Part shown: positions 17,236-27,650 of the stretch, piece after piece
Layout of the letters: each line of letters opens with the position of its first letter
Position numbering within the stretch: position 1 is the first letter of the stretch
Assembly (NCBI GenBank): GCA_031404815.1
Contig: JANNIH010000154.1
Location: 2,091-66,090, forward strand
Direction of reading: 5' to 3'
Source: Holophagales bacterium
GTDB taxonomy: Bacteria > Acidobacteriota > Thermoanaerobaculia > Multivoradales > UBA5704
Length of the DNA stretch: 64,000 nucleotides
The notes under the pieces: model-generated
The model's database searches: none
What the model was told of the DNA's origin: nothing
Seen by the model: only the letters and a program-made list of their open reading frames with translations
Position numbers and translations under genes: made by a program

Positions 17236-18706
17236 GTAGGTGCTTGTTGACGAGCTGGTCGATGTTGTCCTGGGAGAGCTCGAGTGTCTTCATTTCAAGA
17301 CCCATTTTCCGCAAAGTTTTACGGTCGGGATAGGCCAGCGCTCGCAGGTCGGTCGCATTCACCTGCGTATGACCGCTGAAGCACCGAAAATATTGGTCGA
17401 CCACGGTGGAATTCAGGAAGGCGAAGAGACCTAGTGCCAGGCTTCTCTCCAACCCAGAGCCGCTCGCGTGGAAATAGTTCAGGTGGTTTTCGAAACCGAC
17501 CCAATCGGCCCTCACTTCGTCTGGGTCAAACATGCAAGCCACAAGCCGGCGACGCTCCTCTTTGGACGAGAAGCGCTTGGTGAGCAAGTAGACTCCCGAG
17601 GGCACAAGCCACGGTCGCGTCTGATCATTATCCAGAATAGCATTGGGCTTTCGGGCTCCCTGCTTCGGCCAATGAACGGTACCTCCGTTGAAGTGGCAGG
17701 GATAAAGCAGAGGAACCGTGCCGATTTCAGGATCCTGACGAAGAGCGGCCTTGAGCCGAAAGTCAACGACACGGCCTGTCGAGACGGTCACTCCCAAATC
17801 GGCCAAGCTCGAGCGGAGGCCTTCCATGGTCTCTTTGGCCGCTGTATGGCCAATCGCAGAGGGGATGTGGATAAATCTCTCCGGGTCGTGCGGGTGAACC
17901 ACGTCAGCGAACGGAAGGACCGCCTTGGCGACCACTCCTCCTTCCTTTCCACTGCTGCTGGAGATGACGACTTCGCTCGGTTGGTTCCGACCCTTGACGG
18001 CATGGAAGATGATGTTCTCTTGCAACACGCTGTCGTTGCGGAAGGCAGCTTGCCGGGAGTCGAACACATGCACCCGGCGCAGCTCCAAATGATGCAAAAA
18101 GTCCTCGCGGAAGGGGCGAAAGTAGGGGCCGTTGCAAAAGCTCCGGGGCGTGATCCCGACGAGCTGACCTCCGGGAACCAACAACCGCTGAATGAGCGCA
18201 ATGAATCCGGAATAAAGATTGCCGGTCTCGACGCCCAGGGTACGCAGAAGAAGCCTTTCGGGTGAGTCTTTGCTTATCTTTCGATAGGGGGGGTTCACGA
18301 TCGCCGCGTCGAAGCGAGGCGGCCGTTCACTGAACAATCCGCCCGCCAGGCGTTCTGCCATCTCTTGGATAAAGTCAACGGGGAAAACGATAAAAGTGAA
18401 CCGAATGCCTTTCCCTTCGCAACGACGTTGACATCCCTGCATGGTCGCGAAAAGGGCGTCAAGAATGAGTGGGTCCATCTCGTAGAGGGATGCCTCAATG
18501 GTTCTAACGCCGTCACTTTCCGCACACAGGCGGGAGACGAAGGCAGAGGTAAGAGCCCCGGCGCCAGCCCCGGCATCCAACAAACGCACGGTTCCTGGGA
18601 GCGGTCCGAACATCGAGGCCATGAAGTCGGCCACCGGTGCGGCGGTGAGAAACTGTCCTAGTTTCCCTCGCTGAACCCTCGAATGTGACGTGGTGGCGGC
18701 TTCCAT
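17222..18706 (-). CDS. N6-adenine DNA methyltransferase (Eco57I/M.PstI-type, NPPY motif)
   Basis: IVNPPYRK motif IV and SAM-binding LDAGAGAGAL. 494 aa. Lower GC (~56%). Confidence 0.8.
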   Translation of the reverse strand: MEAATTSHSRVQRGKLGQFLTAAPVADFMASMFGPLPGTVRLLDAGAGAGALTSAFVSRLCAESDGVRTIEASLYEMDPLILDALFATMQGCQRRCEGKGIRFTFIVFPVDFIQEMAERLAGGLFSERPPRFDAAIVNPPYRKISKDSPERLLLRTLGVETGNLYSGFIALIQRLLVPGGQLVGITPRSFCNGPYFRPFREDFLHHLELRRVHVFDSRQAAFRNDSVLQENIIFHAVKGRNQPSEVVISSSSGKEGGVVAKAVLPFADVVHPHDPERFIHIPSAIGHTAAKETMEGLRSSLADLGVTVSTGRVVDFRLKAALRQDPEIGTVPLLYPCHFNGGTVHWPKQGARKPNAILDNDQTRPWLVPSGVYLLTKRFSSKEERRRLVACMFDPDEVRADWVGFENHLNYFHASGSGLERSLALGLFAFLNSTVVDQYFRCFSGHTQVNATDLRALAYPDRKTLRKMGLEMKTLELSQDNIDQLVNKHLHANQ

Positions 18707-18765
18707 CCCATCAGGCTATCAAACTTCCAGTGGCTCGCGTCTTCCCCAGGTCTCACCAACCAGCT

Positions 18766-19671
18766 CTAATCCTCCTCGTACTTGATCTCCATCCCCCGCG
18801 CCCTCCAGGCCGAGATCGCGACCAGCAGCCCGGCGAAGATCAGCAGGCCGATCACCGCGACCGGCTTGCTCGGCGCGTCGGCGAGGAGGGCGAGCGGGCC
18901 GTCGGAGACGGGGACGGGCATGAGGGATTGGAGGTAGTGGATCACGCTCGCCTTTTTGAGCAGGGGCGGGAGGAGGAAGTGGATTCCTTCCCAGCCGAAG
19001 ATCAGGAGCGCGGGGATCGCAGGGCTGCGGAAGAAGAAGCCGAGCGTGAGGAAGATCGCGCCGTAGCCGACGCAGGCGAGCAGGGTGGTCGCGACGTAGG
19101 CGAACAGGTGGCTTAAGCCCGGGCCTTCAAGCAGGAAGCGTTGGCCGCCGGGGATGGGGGCGAAGGTGAGCAGGAACGACGCGGCGGTCGAGAGGCCGAA
19201 GAGGAAGCCGGCCACTGTGAGGCCGGTCAGGTATTTGCCCACCACCAGCAGCTCGCGGCGGATCGGCGCGAGGAAGTAGTAGTGGAGGGTGCGGTCGAGC
19301 ACCTCGCGGCGGATCAGGTTGCCGAAGATTCCGACGCACCCGAGGAAGACCACGACACGGAGCAGCGAGGCCTGGAAGATGGGGCCCGCAAAGGCCGACT
19401 GCGCTTCGGCCAGGTCGAACAGCTCGCGGGTCGAGTCGCCATGGACAAAGAACAGGCGCAGGGAGAGCAGTGCAGGGGCGGCGAGGGCGAGCAGCCAGAG
19501 GCCGATCGCGCGCTTGCCGAAGAAGCCTTTTTTCAGCTCCATGCGGATGATCGCCGCGAGCTGGCGGCGGCGCATGGCCGCGCTGCCCGGGGCGGGTTCG
19601 GTGGCTACGGCGGTGTTTGCCGGGGTCGCCGGGGTCGCCGGGACTTGGTTCGAGATCGCGGCGCTCATCAC
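18766..19671 (-). CDS. ABC-2 family transporter permease
   Basis: Multi-TM hydrophobic protein. 4-nt overlap with the upstream ATPase gene. Confidence 0.7.
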   Translation of the reverse strand: MMSAAISNQVPATPATPANTAVATEPAPGSAAMRRRQLAAIIRMELKKGFFGKRAIGLWLLALAAPALLSLRLFFVHGDSTRELFDLAEAQSAFAGPIFQASLLRVVVFLGCVGIFGNLIRREVLDRTLHYYFLAPIRRELLVVGKYLTGLTVAGFLFGLSTAASFLLTFAPIPGGQRFLLEGPGLSHLFAYVATTLLACVGYGAIFLTLGFFFRSPAIPALLIFGWEGIHFLLPPLLKKASVIHYLQSLMPVPVSDGPLALLADAPSKPVAVIGLLIFAGLLVAISAWRARGMEIKYEED

Positions 19672-20633
19672 CGACCCCCTTGTTCGATCAGATATTGGTA
19701 GACCGCGTGGACATCGGCGTCGGCCGGCACGATCGATTCGATCGCGAGGTTGTTCTCGAGCACGATGCGGTTGAGCAGCAGGTGGAAGCCGTCCGCGTCT
19801 TTGGTGCTGACCAACAGGCCGCGACGGTCCGGGCTGATTCGCGCCTCGACCACGTGGTCGTGCTCGAACAGTCGCGAAGCGAGAAGGGAGGGACGGTCGC
19901 AGCGGATCATCACCTGGACCGGGTGCTCCTCCTCCATCTCGTCGCGGACGCCGCCGATCTCCCCCTCGGCGACCACGTAGCCGCCGTTTAAGAGCACCAC
20001 CTGATCCGAGATGAGATCCACCTCGTGCAGAATGTGGCTGGAGACCAGCACGTGCTTGCCGGCGCCCGCCAACTCGCGGAACAGGGCGATCACCTCGGCG
20101 CGCGCCATCGGGTCGAGACCGTTCAGCGGCTCGTCGAGAATCAAGACCGACGGATCGTGCGCCATCGCCTGGGCGAGCTTGATGCGCTGGCGCATGCCTT
20201 TGCTGTAGCCCGCGACCTTCCTCCCACCCGCCTCGGTGAGCCCCACCCGATCGATCGCTTTCGCCGCGCGTTCTCTGGCGTCGGTGGCCGCAAAGCCGTA
20301 GACGCGCAGCAACAGCTCGACGAACTCGAAGCCGGTGAGGCCGGTCGGAAACGCGTCCACCTGGGTGGCGAAGCCGATCTCGCGGAACATCGTCTCCGGC
20401 CGGTCGGGCGACAGGCCGCGGACGCTGACGGTTCCCGCGCTCGGGCGCAGCAGGCCGACAAGGAGGTTCATCAGCGTCGTCTTGCCCGAGCCGTTCGGGC
20501 CGACCAGGCCGGTAATTCCGGGCGGAATGGTGAGGTCGATCCGGTTGACGCCCAGCACCTCGCCATAGAACTTCGAGACGTTGTCGAGGACGATCTGATC
20601 CGAGCCCGTCGATCCCATCGTCGGCGCGCTCAT
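19668..20633 (-). CDS. ABC transporter ATP-binding protein
   Basis: Walker [10 protein letters not shown], signature YSKGMRQR, Walker B ILDEP. ATG at 20633 chosen over the long upstream extension. Confidence 0.85.
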   Translation of the reverse strand: MSAPTMGSTGSDQIVLDNVSKFYGEVLGVNRIDLTIPPGITGLVGPNGSGKTTLMNLLVGLLRPSAGTVSVRGLSPDRPETMFREIGFATQVDAFPTGLTGFEFVELLLRVYGFAATDARERAAKAIDRVGLTEAGGRKVAGYSKGMRQRIKLAQAMAHDPSVLILDEPLNGLDPMARAEVIALFRELAGAGKHVLVSSHILHEVDLISDQVVLLNGGYVVAEGEIGGVRDEMEEEHPVQVMIRCDRPSLLASRLFEHDHVVEARISPDRRGLLVSTKDADGFHLLLNRIVLENNLAIESIVPADADVHAVYQYLIEQGGR

Positions 20634-21496
20634 CGCACCACCTCGTAAGCGCGCAAGCGCGTTTTGAGCAACCAAAGGAAGACCAGACAGCCGCCGACCA
20701 TCGTGATCCAGGCGAGCGTGAGCGGATGGTCGTCCGGGGGACTGACGCCGAACAGTGAGGCCCAGACTGCGGCGTTCGCGCCCGAGGCGTCGAACAGGCG
20801 GCCGAACGACTGGCCGAGAATCCCTTGCACCGCGTGGCCGAACGCCTGGCCGACGAAGAAGAGCATGAATAGGGCGATGCGCGCGACCGGCTTCCATTTC
20901 ACCCAAGCCGAGATCGCGAGCGAAAACAGCGAGAGGAACAGAATCCAGATCCAGCTGCCGATGAATAGGGCGGAAGCGATCTGCAGATGCGCCGCGGCCC
21001 AACTCGGCTCCAGGTAGGCCTGGAAGCCCCAGAGCAGCAGGCCGGGCACCCAGGTGACGAGCGACATCAGGATCGCCAACACACAGAGCTTTCCGATCAC
21101 GTACTCGGCGCGCGAAAACGGCCGGGCGAGGTAGAGTGGCAGCCCGTTGTTGCGCAGGTCGGGCGCCACGAGCGCCGGCCCGACGAACAGAGCGAGCACG
21201 AAGCAAAGTCCGCTCTGAAGCGACAGGCCGCGCAAGAAGAACTGGGCGTCGATCGGCAAGACCTCGTTCAGCTTCTCGACCGTGAGGCCGATCATCTTGA
21301 GCGCCGACAGGTTGTGGTGCAGGTAGACGATCAGCAGGCCGGCGAACGGTACGCCGAAGCAGAGCGCGAAGAAGATCGCGAACAGCCGGCTCTTGAACAC
21401 GTCCGAGTAGGCATAGCGCGGCAGGATCAGGAATCGACGCTTTTCAAGCGTGAGCGGCCCGGCGTACGGTCGATAGTTGCGTTCGAAAACGGCCAT
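20630..21496 (-). CDS. ABC-2 family transporter permease
   Basis: Multi-TM protein. 4-nt overlap with the neighbouring genes. Confidence 0.7.
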   Translation of the reverse strand: MAVFERNYRPYAGPLTLEKRRFLILPRYAYSDVFKSRLFAIFFALCFGVPFAGLLIVYLHHNLSALKMIGLTVEKLNEVLPIDAQFFLRGLSLQSGLCFVLALFVGPALVAPDLRNNGLPLYLARPFSRAEYVIGKLCVLAILMSLVTWVPGLLLWGFQAYLEPSWAAAHLQIASALFIGSWIWILFLSLFSLAISAWVKWKPVARIALFMLFFVGQAFGHAVQGILGQSFGRLFDASGANAAVWASLFGVSPPDDHPLTLAWITMVGGCLVFLWLLKTRLRAYEVVR

Positions 21497-21500
21497 CGGA

Positions 21501-22442
21501 CTACCCCTCCATCGCTTTCAAAAAGATGTCCTCTAACGAATCGCGGCGATAGTCGAGGTGGCGGATCTGCACCGAGTGCTCGACCGCCGCCAAGTAGAGC
21601 GCGCGAACTTCGACCCCTTCGGGCAGCACGAGTTTGATCCGCCGCCGGCTCCCTTCGGCCACTTCGCACCCGAGCCCGTCGAGCGCATTGCGGAAGCGCA
21701 GCTCATCACCGTTTTCGGCGCGCAGCTCGAGTTCCAGAAAGCTCCGGTTCGCGCTCCGCTCCGCCTCCAGGTTGCAATAGGTGGCGATCTGGCCGTTTTT
21801 GAGCACCAGGACCTCTTCGCAGCACTCTTCCACGTCGCGCAGCAGGTGGGACGAGAGGATCACCCGCACCTGCCCCGCGTCGCGGATGTTGCGGATCAGG
21901 TGGAGCATGCGGGCGCGGGCCGGCGGATCGAGCCCGTTGGTCGGCTCGTCCAAGAACAGTACTTTTGGCCCGTGAACCAGCGCCTGAGCGAGCTTGGCGA
22001 GCTGTTTCATGCCGAGCGAGTAGCTATCGACCGGCCGATAGCGCGCTTCGCCCAAACCGACGTAAAACAGCGCCTCGTGCGCGCGCTCCAGCGCCTGCTC
22101 GGGCGGCAGACCCGAGAGCTCGGCCATCAGCCGGACGAAGCGGACGCCGGACAGTCCGGCGATGAATGCATCGTTTTCCGGCATGTAGCCCATCAGCGCA
22201 CGGATGTCGCGCCCCTGGTTCCGGATGTCGTGGCCGAGCAGTCGCGCGGTGCCGGCCGAAGGGGGGTAGAAACCGAGCAGGGTGTGCAGCAGGGTCGTCT
22301 TGCCGGCGCCGTTGGGCCCCAGCAGGCCGATCGAGCGCCCGGTCAGTTTTGCGGTGAGCCCGTGGAGGATTCGGCGTTTGCCGAGCGTGACCTCCAGACC
22401 TTCGAGGTCGATCACGGGAATGGTTTCGGTCATGGGATGCAT
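21501..22442 (-). CDS. ABC transporter ATP-binding protein
   Basis: [27 protein letters not shown] motifs. Confidence 0.85.
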   Translation of the reverse strand: MHPMTETIPVIDLEGLEVTLGKRRILHGLTAKLTGRSIGLLGPNGAGKTTLLHTLLGFYPPSAGTARLLGHDIRNQGRDIRALMGYMPENDAFIAGLSGVRFVRLMAELSGLPPEQALERAHEALFYVGLGEARYRPVDSYSLGMKQLAKLAQALVHGPKVLFLDEPTNGLDPPARARMLHLIRNIRDAGQVRVILSSHLLRDVEECCEEVLVLKNGQIATYCNLEAERSANRSFLELELRAENGDELRFRNALDGLGCEVAEGSRRRIKLVLPEGVEVRALYLAAVEHSVQIRHLDYRRDSLEDIFLKAMEG

Positions 22443-22488
22443 CTCCTCGACAGACGGACAAAGCGAACAAAGAGCAGCGCCGAGAAAC

Positions 22489-22518
22489 GGTAGAGGCGCA
22501 GCATGCTGCGCCTCTACC
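22489..22518. other. Perfect 30-bp palindrome (13-bp GC-rich arms around CATG) between the anti-sigma and ABC ATPase genes
   Basis: GGTAGAGGCGCAGCATGCTGCGCCTCTACC seen directly. Confidence 0.6.
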
Positions 22519-22548
22519 TACGGTTTTCGGGATGAGGTGTTTCCAATC

Positions 22549-25239
22549 CTACTCGACGCCGTGCCCACCGATCGAACGGAGGATGCTGGAGAATCCGGTG
22601 AGCAATTTGAGGTTGTCACCGAGCGGACCGTTCAGCGCGTTGCTGCCAAACAAGATGCGATCCTCTTGGGCGTAAGCGTAGATCGCGCTAGGACCCTGGC
22701 CGAGGAACGACCGAAGGGGCTTGGCCTCATCGCGATCGAGCGCGCTTTTGGGAATGAACTTCGCCCCTTGCTTGGCGAGCGCACCGAGATCCTGGAACAC
22801 CAGGGCCGAGACGTTCACCTGCCCATCCGTGCCGAGCAGGTTCTTCAGCCGTTCGGAGCGACCCAGGGTTGCACCCGACTCGCGGCCGGCGAACGCCCGC
22901 TCGATCAACGTGCGGGAAGGAGCGGCCACCAGGAAGCCCCCTTCGAACGCGTAGTGGATCGACATGCCGAGATCCGCCGAAGTGATCGTGTGCCAGGTGC
23001 GGCCACCGCGGGTTTCCGTGGTCAAAACAATCCCCGGTTTTCCGTTGGCGGTCAGCTCGCGATTGAGTCGTTCGACCGTGATCTCGATCGTGTGTTGGAG
23101 CGTCGCCGGATCGTAGACCTCAGCCACGAACTTCCAGGACGGCTTGGGCAGTACCGGCCCGTCGAGCGCCAGAGCGAACTCACCACCGAGCGGAGCGACC
23201 ACGTCGTCGCGCAGCTTGAAGCCCTCTTTCGCTTCCGCCTGGGCCAGCTCGGTGGCGAACTTCGGGTTGGCGGCGAGCAGCTCGTCGAGCAGGGTCGCCG
23301 GGTTCTTGACCACGAAGGCCGCTGCGGCATTCGCGTCGGGCGAGACGAAGTCGAGCGCCCTCATGGGAGCCGGCTCCGCGAGCCAAGAGGCGATACCGCG
23401 CCGCGCCTGCTTGAAGGTCAGGGTGGCCCGGGTCTCCGCCCGTCCCGCGAGGTCGCGCCGCTCGACGATGAACTGGTCGAGGTCGAGAATGCCGAGCGAC
23501 TCGGCCATCTGGTGCTCTTCGCCGTCTTCCGCCTTGGCCAACTTCGTCCCCTCACCAATCAGAGCCGCGAGATCGGCCGAGAAGAGCCAGCCTGCGCCGT
23601 CCTGATAGGAAGCGGCGACCCGGTTGCGGAATGCCGAGGCGACGAACGGATTTCCGCCGGAGGCGTTGGCCGCGACCTGGTTGATCCGTGCGGCGCTCGG
23701 GCTTGCGACAAACAGGCCGTCGCCGATCCAGAGCAGCAACTCGTGGTCCTCATCCGCGTTCGCCGTGGCCGGCAGGGTCGCGACGACCCGGATGGTGTTG
23801 TGCTTGTTCTCCCCGGCCTCGCTCCGGAGACGCTCGATCTCCGCGGTGAGCGCGGCACGGAACGCCGCTTCGTTCTCGACCTCGGCGGTGAGCACCGGTT
23901 CGGGCTCGGAGGTTTCGCCGGTTGCCGACGTTCCGACCGAGATCGCGATCTCGGGTCCGAGGTTGCTGCCCAGCTCGGAGATCCGGTCGATCAGGTCGTG
24001 GACCTTCTGGCGCTCGGCGTCGGAGGAGAAATTGTCCTGCCACCACTGGCGCAGGGTCTCGCTCTCCGCGAGCTTCTGGTCGAGCAGCGCTTGAGTCTCG
24101 CCCAGATTGCGGGCGAGGTTCGGCAGCGCGATGAACACCTTCGTCCCTGCGGGCGACAGGTCGAGCAGACGGGTTGAGTAGCGCAGGCCCGGCCGTTCGA
24201 TCTGCGCGTCGATGTCGCGGCTCGCCGCGGTCAGCTCGGCGAGCAGCTGGTCATACTGCGCGGCGTTCTTGCTCCAGGCGATCTCCTGGGCGACCGGTAC
24301 GGTCGAGAGGCTGGCGGCGGTGACCACCTGGCCCCCCGGATGGAGGATGTTCTCGCGGCCGGATTGGTTGACGTGGACTTCGCCCTCGACCACCGCGACG
24401 CGCGATCCTTTGGTGCCGTGGTTGACCGAGAAGATGGTGCCGGTGACGGCGACCAGGCAGTCGTCGGTCTCGACATACAAATGGCGCGCCCGCTGTTTGG
24501 CGGCCTGGACGATGATCTTGCCGCGCTCCAGCTCGATCGTGTTCCCCTTGCGACCGGCGTCGAGCGACAGCCCGGCGCGCTCGCTCATTTCGATCACCGA
24601 ACCGTCGGTCATCCGTACGAAGGCGTGCGACCCCTTGGCGGTGCGGATCTCGTCCCCTTCACGAATCGCCGCGCCGGCGCCGAGTTGGGCGGTCGCCTCG
24701 CCGTCGATCCGATAGAGGCTCCCTTCGATCGCCTCGACGCGCGCCATCTGGCCGCCCGAGATGAAGAAATCCTGCATCAGGAAGATACCGGTCCCGAGCG
24801 CCGCGACCAGCACAGCGGCCAGGGCGTAGAGGGTGCGGTGGTTCCTCTGCGGAGCGCGGGTGACCACTGCGGCTGCGACCAGCGGTTTTCCCTCACGGGC
24901 GGTGCGCAGAGCGCGACGGCAGGGGACGCAGCTTCTCGTGTGGTCTTCGACCAACAGGGCGCGGGCGGCGGGCAATTCTCCGGCCAGGTACGCCGGGATC
25001 TCCGCCTGGAAGTCCTCGCAGTGGCGCAGCGGCGAGTGGATCGCATGGAGCGCCGGAGCGGTGGTTGCAGCTTGCGCAACAGCTTCGGCGGGGAAGCCGG
25101 TCACGGCGTATTGCGCGAGCTTGCCCCGCACCCGGGCTGCGGCGGCGGCCATTTCGTGCTCATCGACCGGAGTAGACGCGATCTCGGAGATCGCCTGGTC
25201 GAGGCGGGCTTCATCGATGCGGTTCTTAAACAGGCTCAT
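22549..25239 (-). CDS. Anti-sigma factor: N-terminal zf-HC2, TM helix, FecR-like domain, and a ~550-aa C-terminal domain of unknown function (896 aa)
   Basis: HTRSCVPCRRAL (H-x3-C-x2-C) motif, TM segment LYALAAVLVAALGTGIFL, FecR-like block. 4-nt overlap with the upstream ECF sigma gene. Confidence 0.7.
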   Translation of the reverse strand: MSLFKNRIDEARLDQAISEIASTPVDEHEMAAAAARVRGKLAQYAVTGFPAEAVAQAATTAPALHAIHSPLRHCEDFQAEIPAYLAGELPAARALLVEDHTRSCVPCRRALRTAREGKPLVAAAVVTRAPQRNHRTLYALAAVLVAALGTGIFLMQDFFISGGQMARVEAIEGSLYRIDGEATAQLGAGAAIREGDEIRTAKGSHAFVRMTDGSVIEMSERAGLSLDAGRKGNTIELERGKIIVQAAKQRARHLYVETDDCLVAVTGTIFSVNHGTKGSRVAVVEGEVHVNQSGRENILHPGGQVVTAASLSTVPVAQEIAWSKNAAQYDQLLAELTAASRDIDAQIERPGLRYSTRLLDLSPAGTKVFIALPNLARNLGETQALLDQKLAESETLRQWWQDNFSSDAERQKVHDLIDRISELGSNLGPEIAISVGTSATGETSEPEPVLTAEVENEAAFRAALTAEIERLRSEAGENKHNTIRVVATLPATANADEDHELLLWIGDGLFVASPSAARINQVAANASGGNPFVASAFRNRVAASYQDGAGWLFSADLAALIGEGTKLAKAEDGEEHQMAESLGILDLDQFIVERRDLAGRAETRATLTFKQARRGIASWLAEPAPMRALDFVSPDANAAAAFVVKNPATLLDELLAANPKFATELAQAEAKEGFKLRDDVVAPLGGEFALALDGPVLPKPSWKFVAEVYDPATLQHTIEITVERLNRELTANGKPGIVLTTETRGGRTWHTITSADLGMSIHYAFEGGFLVAAPSRTLIERAFAGRESGATLGRSERLKNLLGTDGQVNVSALVFQDLGALAKQGAKFIPKSALDRDEAKPLRSFLGQGPSAIYAYAQEDRILFGSNALNGPLGDNLKLLTGFSSILRSIGGHGVE

Positions 25240-25868
25240 GATTGACCTCCTTGGTGCGACGAAAGCTCTTTCTGCAGCCGATGGCGAGCACGATGCAAGA
25301 TGACGGCGACAGCGGTTTGGGAACAGGCGAGCGTCCGGGCGATGTCCAGGTTGCTCTGCCCTTCAAAGTAGCGAAGCGAGAAGATCTCCGCCTGACGTGG
25401 TGAAAGTTGGCCGACCGCGGAGCGCAGCGCCTGGGCCAGCTCGCGGTTGCCGCGGCGGCGTTCCGGGCCATTGCCCGGCTCGTCGGCCAGGCTTTCGGCC
25501 ACGTCGTCGAGCGCCACGGCCCGGGCGCGTTTTCGACTGCGCGCCAGATCGAGCGCGGCGTTGACCGCCGCCCGGTGAAGGTAGCTCCCCACCTGCTCGG
25601 TAAGGTCCAGCTCTTCCCGGCGGGCGAGGCGAAAGAACACGGTCTGCATCACGTCCTCGGCGTCCGAGGCGTTGCCCGTGATGCGGTAGGCGGCCCGGTA
25701 GACCCCCTGGTGGTGCAGCTCGAACAGTCGTTCGAGGGTCGCCGGAACGGGCTGGCCGATGGCCTGGCTCCCGGATCTGGCAGTGGGGGCTCCCCCGGGG
25801 GGGGCGGTGGATACGGCGATTGGAGCGGTTGCCTGCACGATGTCGTCCCTCCTGATGTCTCCACTCAT
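25236..25868 (-). CDS. ECF sigma-70 factor
   Basis: Region 2 (VFFRLARRE…HRAAVNAALDLAR) and region 4 (FSLRYFEGQSNLDIARTLACSQTAVAVILHRAR). ATG at 25868. Confidence 0.8.
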   Translation of the reverse strand: MSGDIRRDDIVQATAPIAVSTAPPGGAPTARSGSQAIGQPVPATLERLFELHHQGVYRAAYRITGNASDAEDVMQTVFFRLARREELDLTEQVGSYLHRAAVNAALDLARSRKRARAVALDDVAESLADEPGNGPERRRGNRELAQALRSAVGQLSPRQAEIFSLRYFEGQSNLDIARTLACSQTAVAVILHRARHRLQKELSSHQGGQS

Positions 25869-26017
25869 GGAACGTGCCTCCCGGGAGAATGTTACGCCTG
25901 GCTCCCGAAGAGAGCCCAACGTGGGAGAAAAGAGGGGCCAAAAGGCGCAAAATGGAGGCCTCGCGTCCGTCAAAGCTGTCGGTACCCCCGGTCTGGACTC
26001 TCAAGGAGGGAGCTTCC

Positions 26018-26881
26018 ATGCTTCTCAACTACCTCGATTCGGCCATCGGTTTCGTCGTCGTCATCCTTATGTTTTCCCTGCTGATCACCATCGCCGTCCA
26101 GATGGTGGGCGTATTGCTCCAACTGCGCGGCAAGAGCCTGTTGCACGGAGTGGAGCTGCTGCTCAAGGAGAGCGATCCGGGTCTGAGAAATCAGGCCCAG
26201 GCCCTTGCCGACCAGGTGCTCACCCACCCGGTGATCGCGGAGGGCAAGAAGCGGCTCGGCATCGCGCTGCGGCCGAACGAGCTCAAGCTGATCCTCGAGT
26301 CGCTGGCCGACTCGAACCCAACCCTGAAAGCCGCCCTTACCGAGCGCGGCGGGGCGATCTCCGCGAAGATCGACGCCTGGTACGAGCCCGTGATGGATCG
26401 GGTGAGCGAGCGCTACAAGATGAACACCCGCTGGGTGGCGACCGTCTTCGCCGTGATTCTCGCCTTCGCCCTTCAGCTCGATTCGATCAGCCTGTTCCAG
26501 CAGATCGCGACCAACGGCGAGCTGCGCGCGCGCCTGATCACGATGAGCGATTCCGTGCTCGAAACCAGCAAGAAGGTGCTCGATGCACCGCCCGCCCCCG
26601 GCACGGAGCAAGGCTTGAAAGACCTTACGGCCCGGGCGAAGGAGGTCAAGGCCGGGATCGAGAAGAGCGAGCTGCGGCTGGTACCGAACCCCTGGCGCCT
26701 GTCCGCCTTCGACAGCGTTCGCAGCGTCCTCGGCCTCGCCCTCTCCATGTTCCTGCTCGGCCTCGGAGCCCCGTTCTGGTACGGCGCGCTACGCAACCTG
26801 GTCGGCCTACGTCACGTGGCGGATCAGAAGGACGACGAGAAGGAGAAGGCGGAACGAGAGGCGGCGGCGGCGAAGAAGTAG
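26018..26881 (+). CDS. Membrane protein, hypothetical (3 predicted TM helices, K/E-rich C-terminus)
   Basis: Strong AAGGAGGG RBS 8 nt upstream of the ATG at 26018. Divergent from the ECF sigma gene. Confidence 0.6.
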   Translation: MLLNYLDSAIGFVVVILMFSLLITIAVQMVGVLLQLRGKSLLHGVELLLKESDPGLRNQAQALADQVLTHPVIAEGKKRLGIALRPNELKLILESLADSNPTLKAALTERGGAISAKIDAWYEPVMDRVSERYKMNTRWVATVFAVILAFALQLDSISLFQQIATNGELRARLITMSDSVLETSKKVLDAPPAPGTEQGLKDLTARAKEVKAGIEKSELRLVPNPWRLSAFDSVRSVLGLALSMFLLGLGAPFWYGALRNLVGLRHVADQKDDEKEKAEREAAAAKK

Positions 26882-26950
26882 GGGCTTGTCTTGTTCTCGG
26901 CCGGGCTGGCGCGAAAGGTGCCACGCGAGTACGATTCCGAAGGGGTCCTC

Positions 26951-27637
26951 ATGAGCTTACCGGCCGTCATCTTCGAAGAACGACTGCGCATTCCGAGCGA
27001 AGCTCACCGCCTCACGCCGTTCCGCCTTTGGAGCGCCGGAGAAGAATTTCCAGAAGTGGGTCGAGTCGACTTTCTTGCCGGTGACATTGAGGTGGACATG
27101 AGTCCGGAGGATCTCCACACCCACGGAACGGCGAAAACCGAGGTCGCGGCAAGGCTCCAGCTTCTAGTGGCCGATCCGGGCCGGGGCGAGGTGTTCGTCG
27201 ATCGGGCTCGCGTGGTCTCCTCCGTCGCCGACCTGTCCGTCGAGCCGGACATCGTGGTCGTGCTGGGCGAATCTCTCGCCGCGGGCCGGGTCCGCTTTGT
27301 GCCCGCGGCCAAGGATCCAACCCGCTCCTCCGAGATCGAGGGCGCACCCGATCTGATCGTCGAAATCGTCAGCGATTCTTCGGAAAAGAAGGACCTCGTC
27401 CGCCTGCCGCGCCTTTACGCCAAGGCGGGAGTGCCGGAGTTCTGGACGATCGATGCCCGCGGCCCAAAAATACGGTTCTCCATCGACCGCCTTGCCGGAG
27501 CCCTTTACCGACGACAGGACTCCGACGCCGACGGCTGGACCGATTCCCCCCTCCTCGGCCTCCGTTGCCGGCTTTCGCGGGAACGAACCGCCTGGGGAAG
27601 CTGGCGGTATCGGTTCGAGACTGCTCAGCGGAGATGA
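26951..27637 (+). CDS. Uma2 family (DUF820, PD-(D/E)XK-like) endonuclease
   Basis: …IVEIVSDSSEKKDLVRLPRLYAKAGVPEFWTID… Uma2 signature. Start may be the upstream TTG at 26891. Confidence 0.7.
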   Translation: MSLPAVIFEERLRIPSEAHRLTPFRLWSAGEEFPEVGRVDFLAGDIEVDMSPEDLHTHGTAKTEVAARLQLLVADPGRGEVFVDRARVVSSVADLSVEPDIVVVLGESLAAGRVRFVPAAKDPTRSSEIEGAPDLIVEIVSDSSEKKDLVRLPRLYAKAGVPEFWTIDARGPKIRFSIDRLAGALYRRQDSDADGWTDSPLLGLRCRLSRERTAWGSWRYRFETAQRR

Positions 27638-27650
27638 GGCCGAGGCCCTT

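Noticed and set aside
22282-24177. 631-aa plus-strand ORF antisense to the anti-sigma factor gene
   Set aside because: Same high-GC antisense artefact. The minus-strand product has clear zf-HC2/FecR features.
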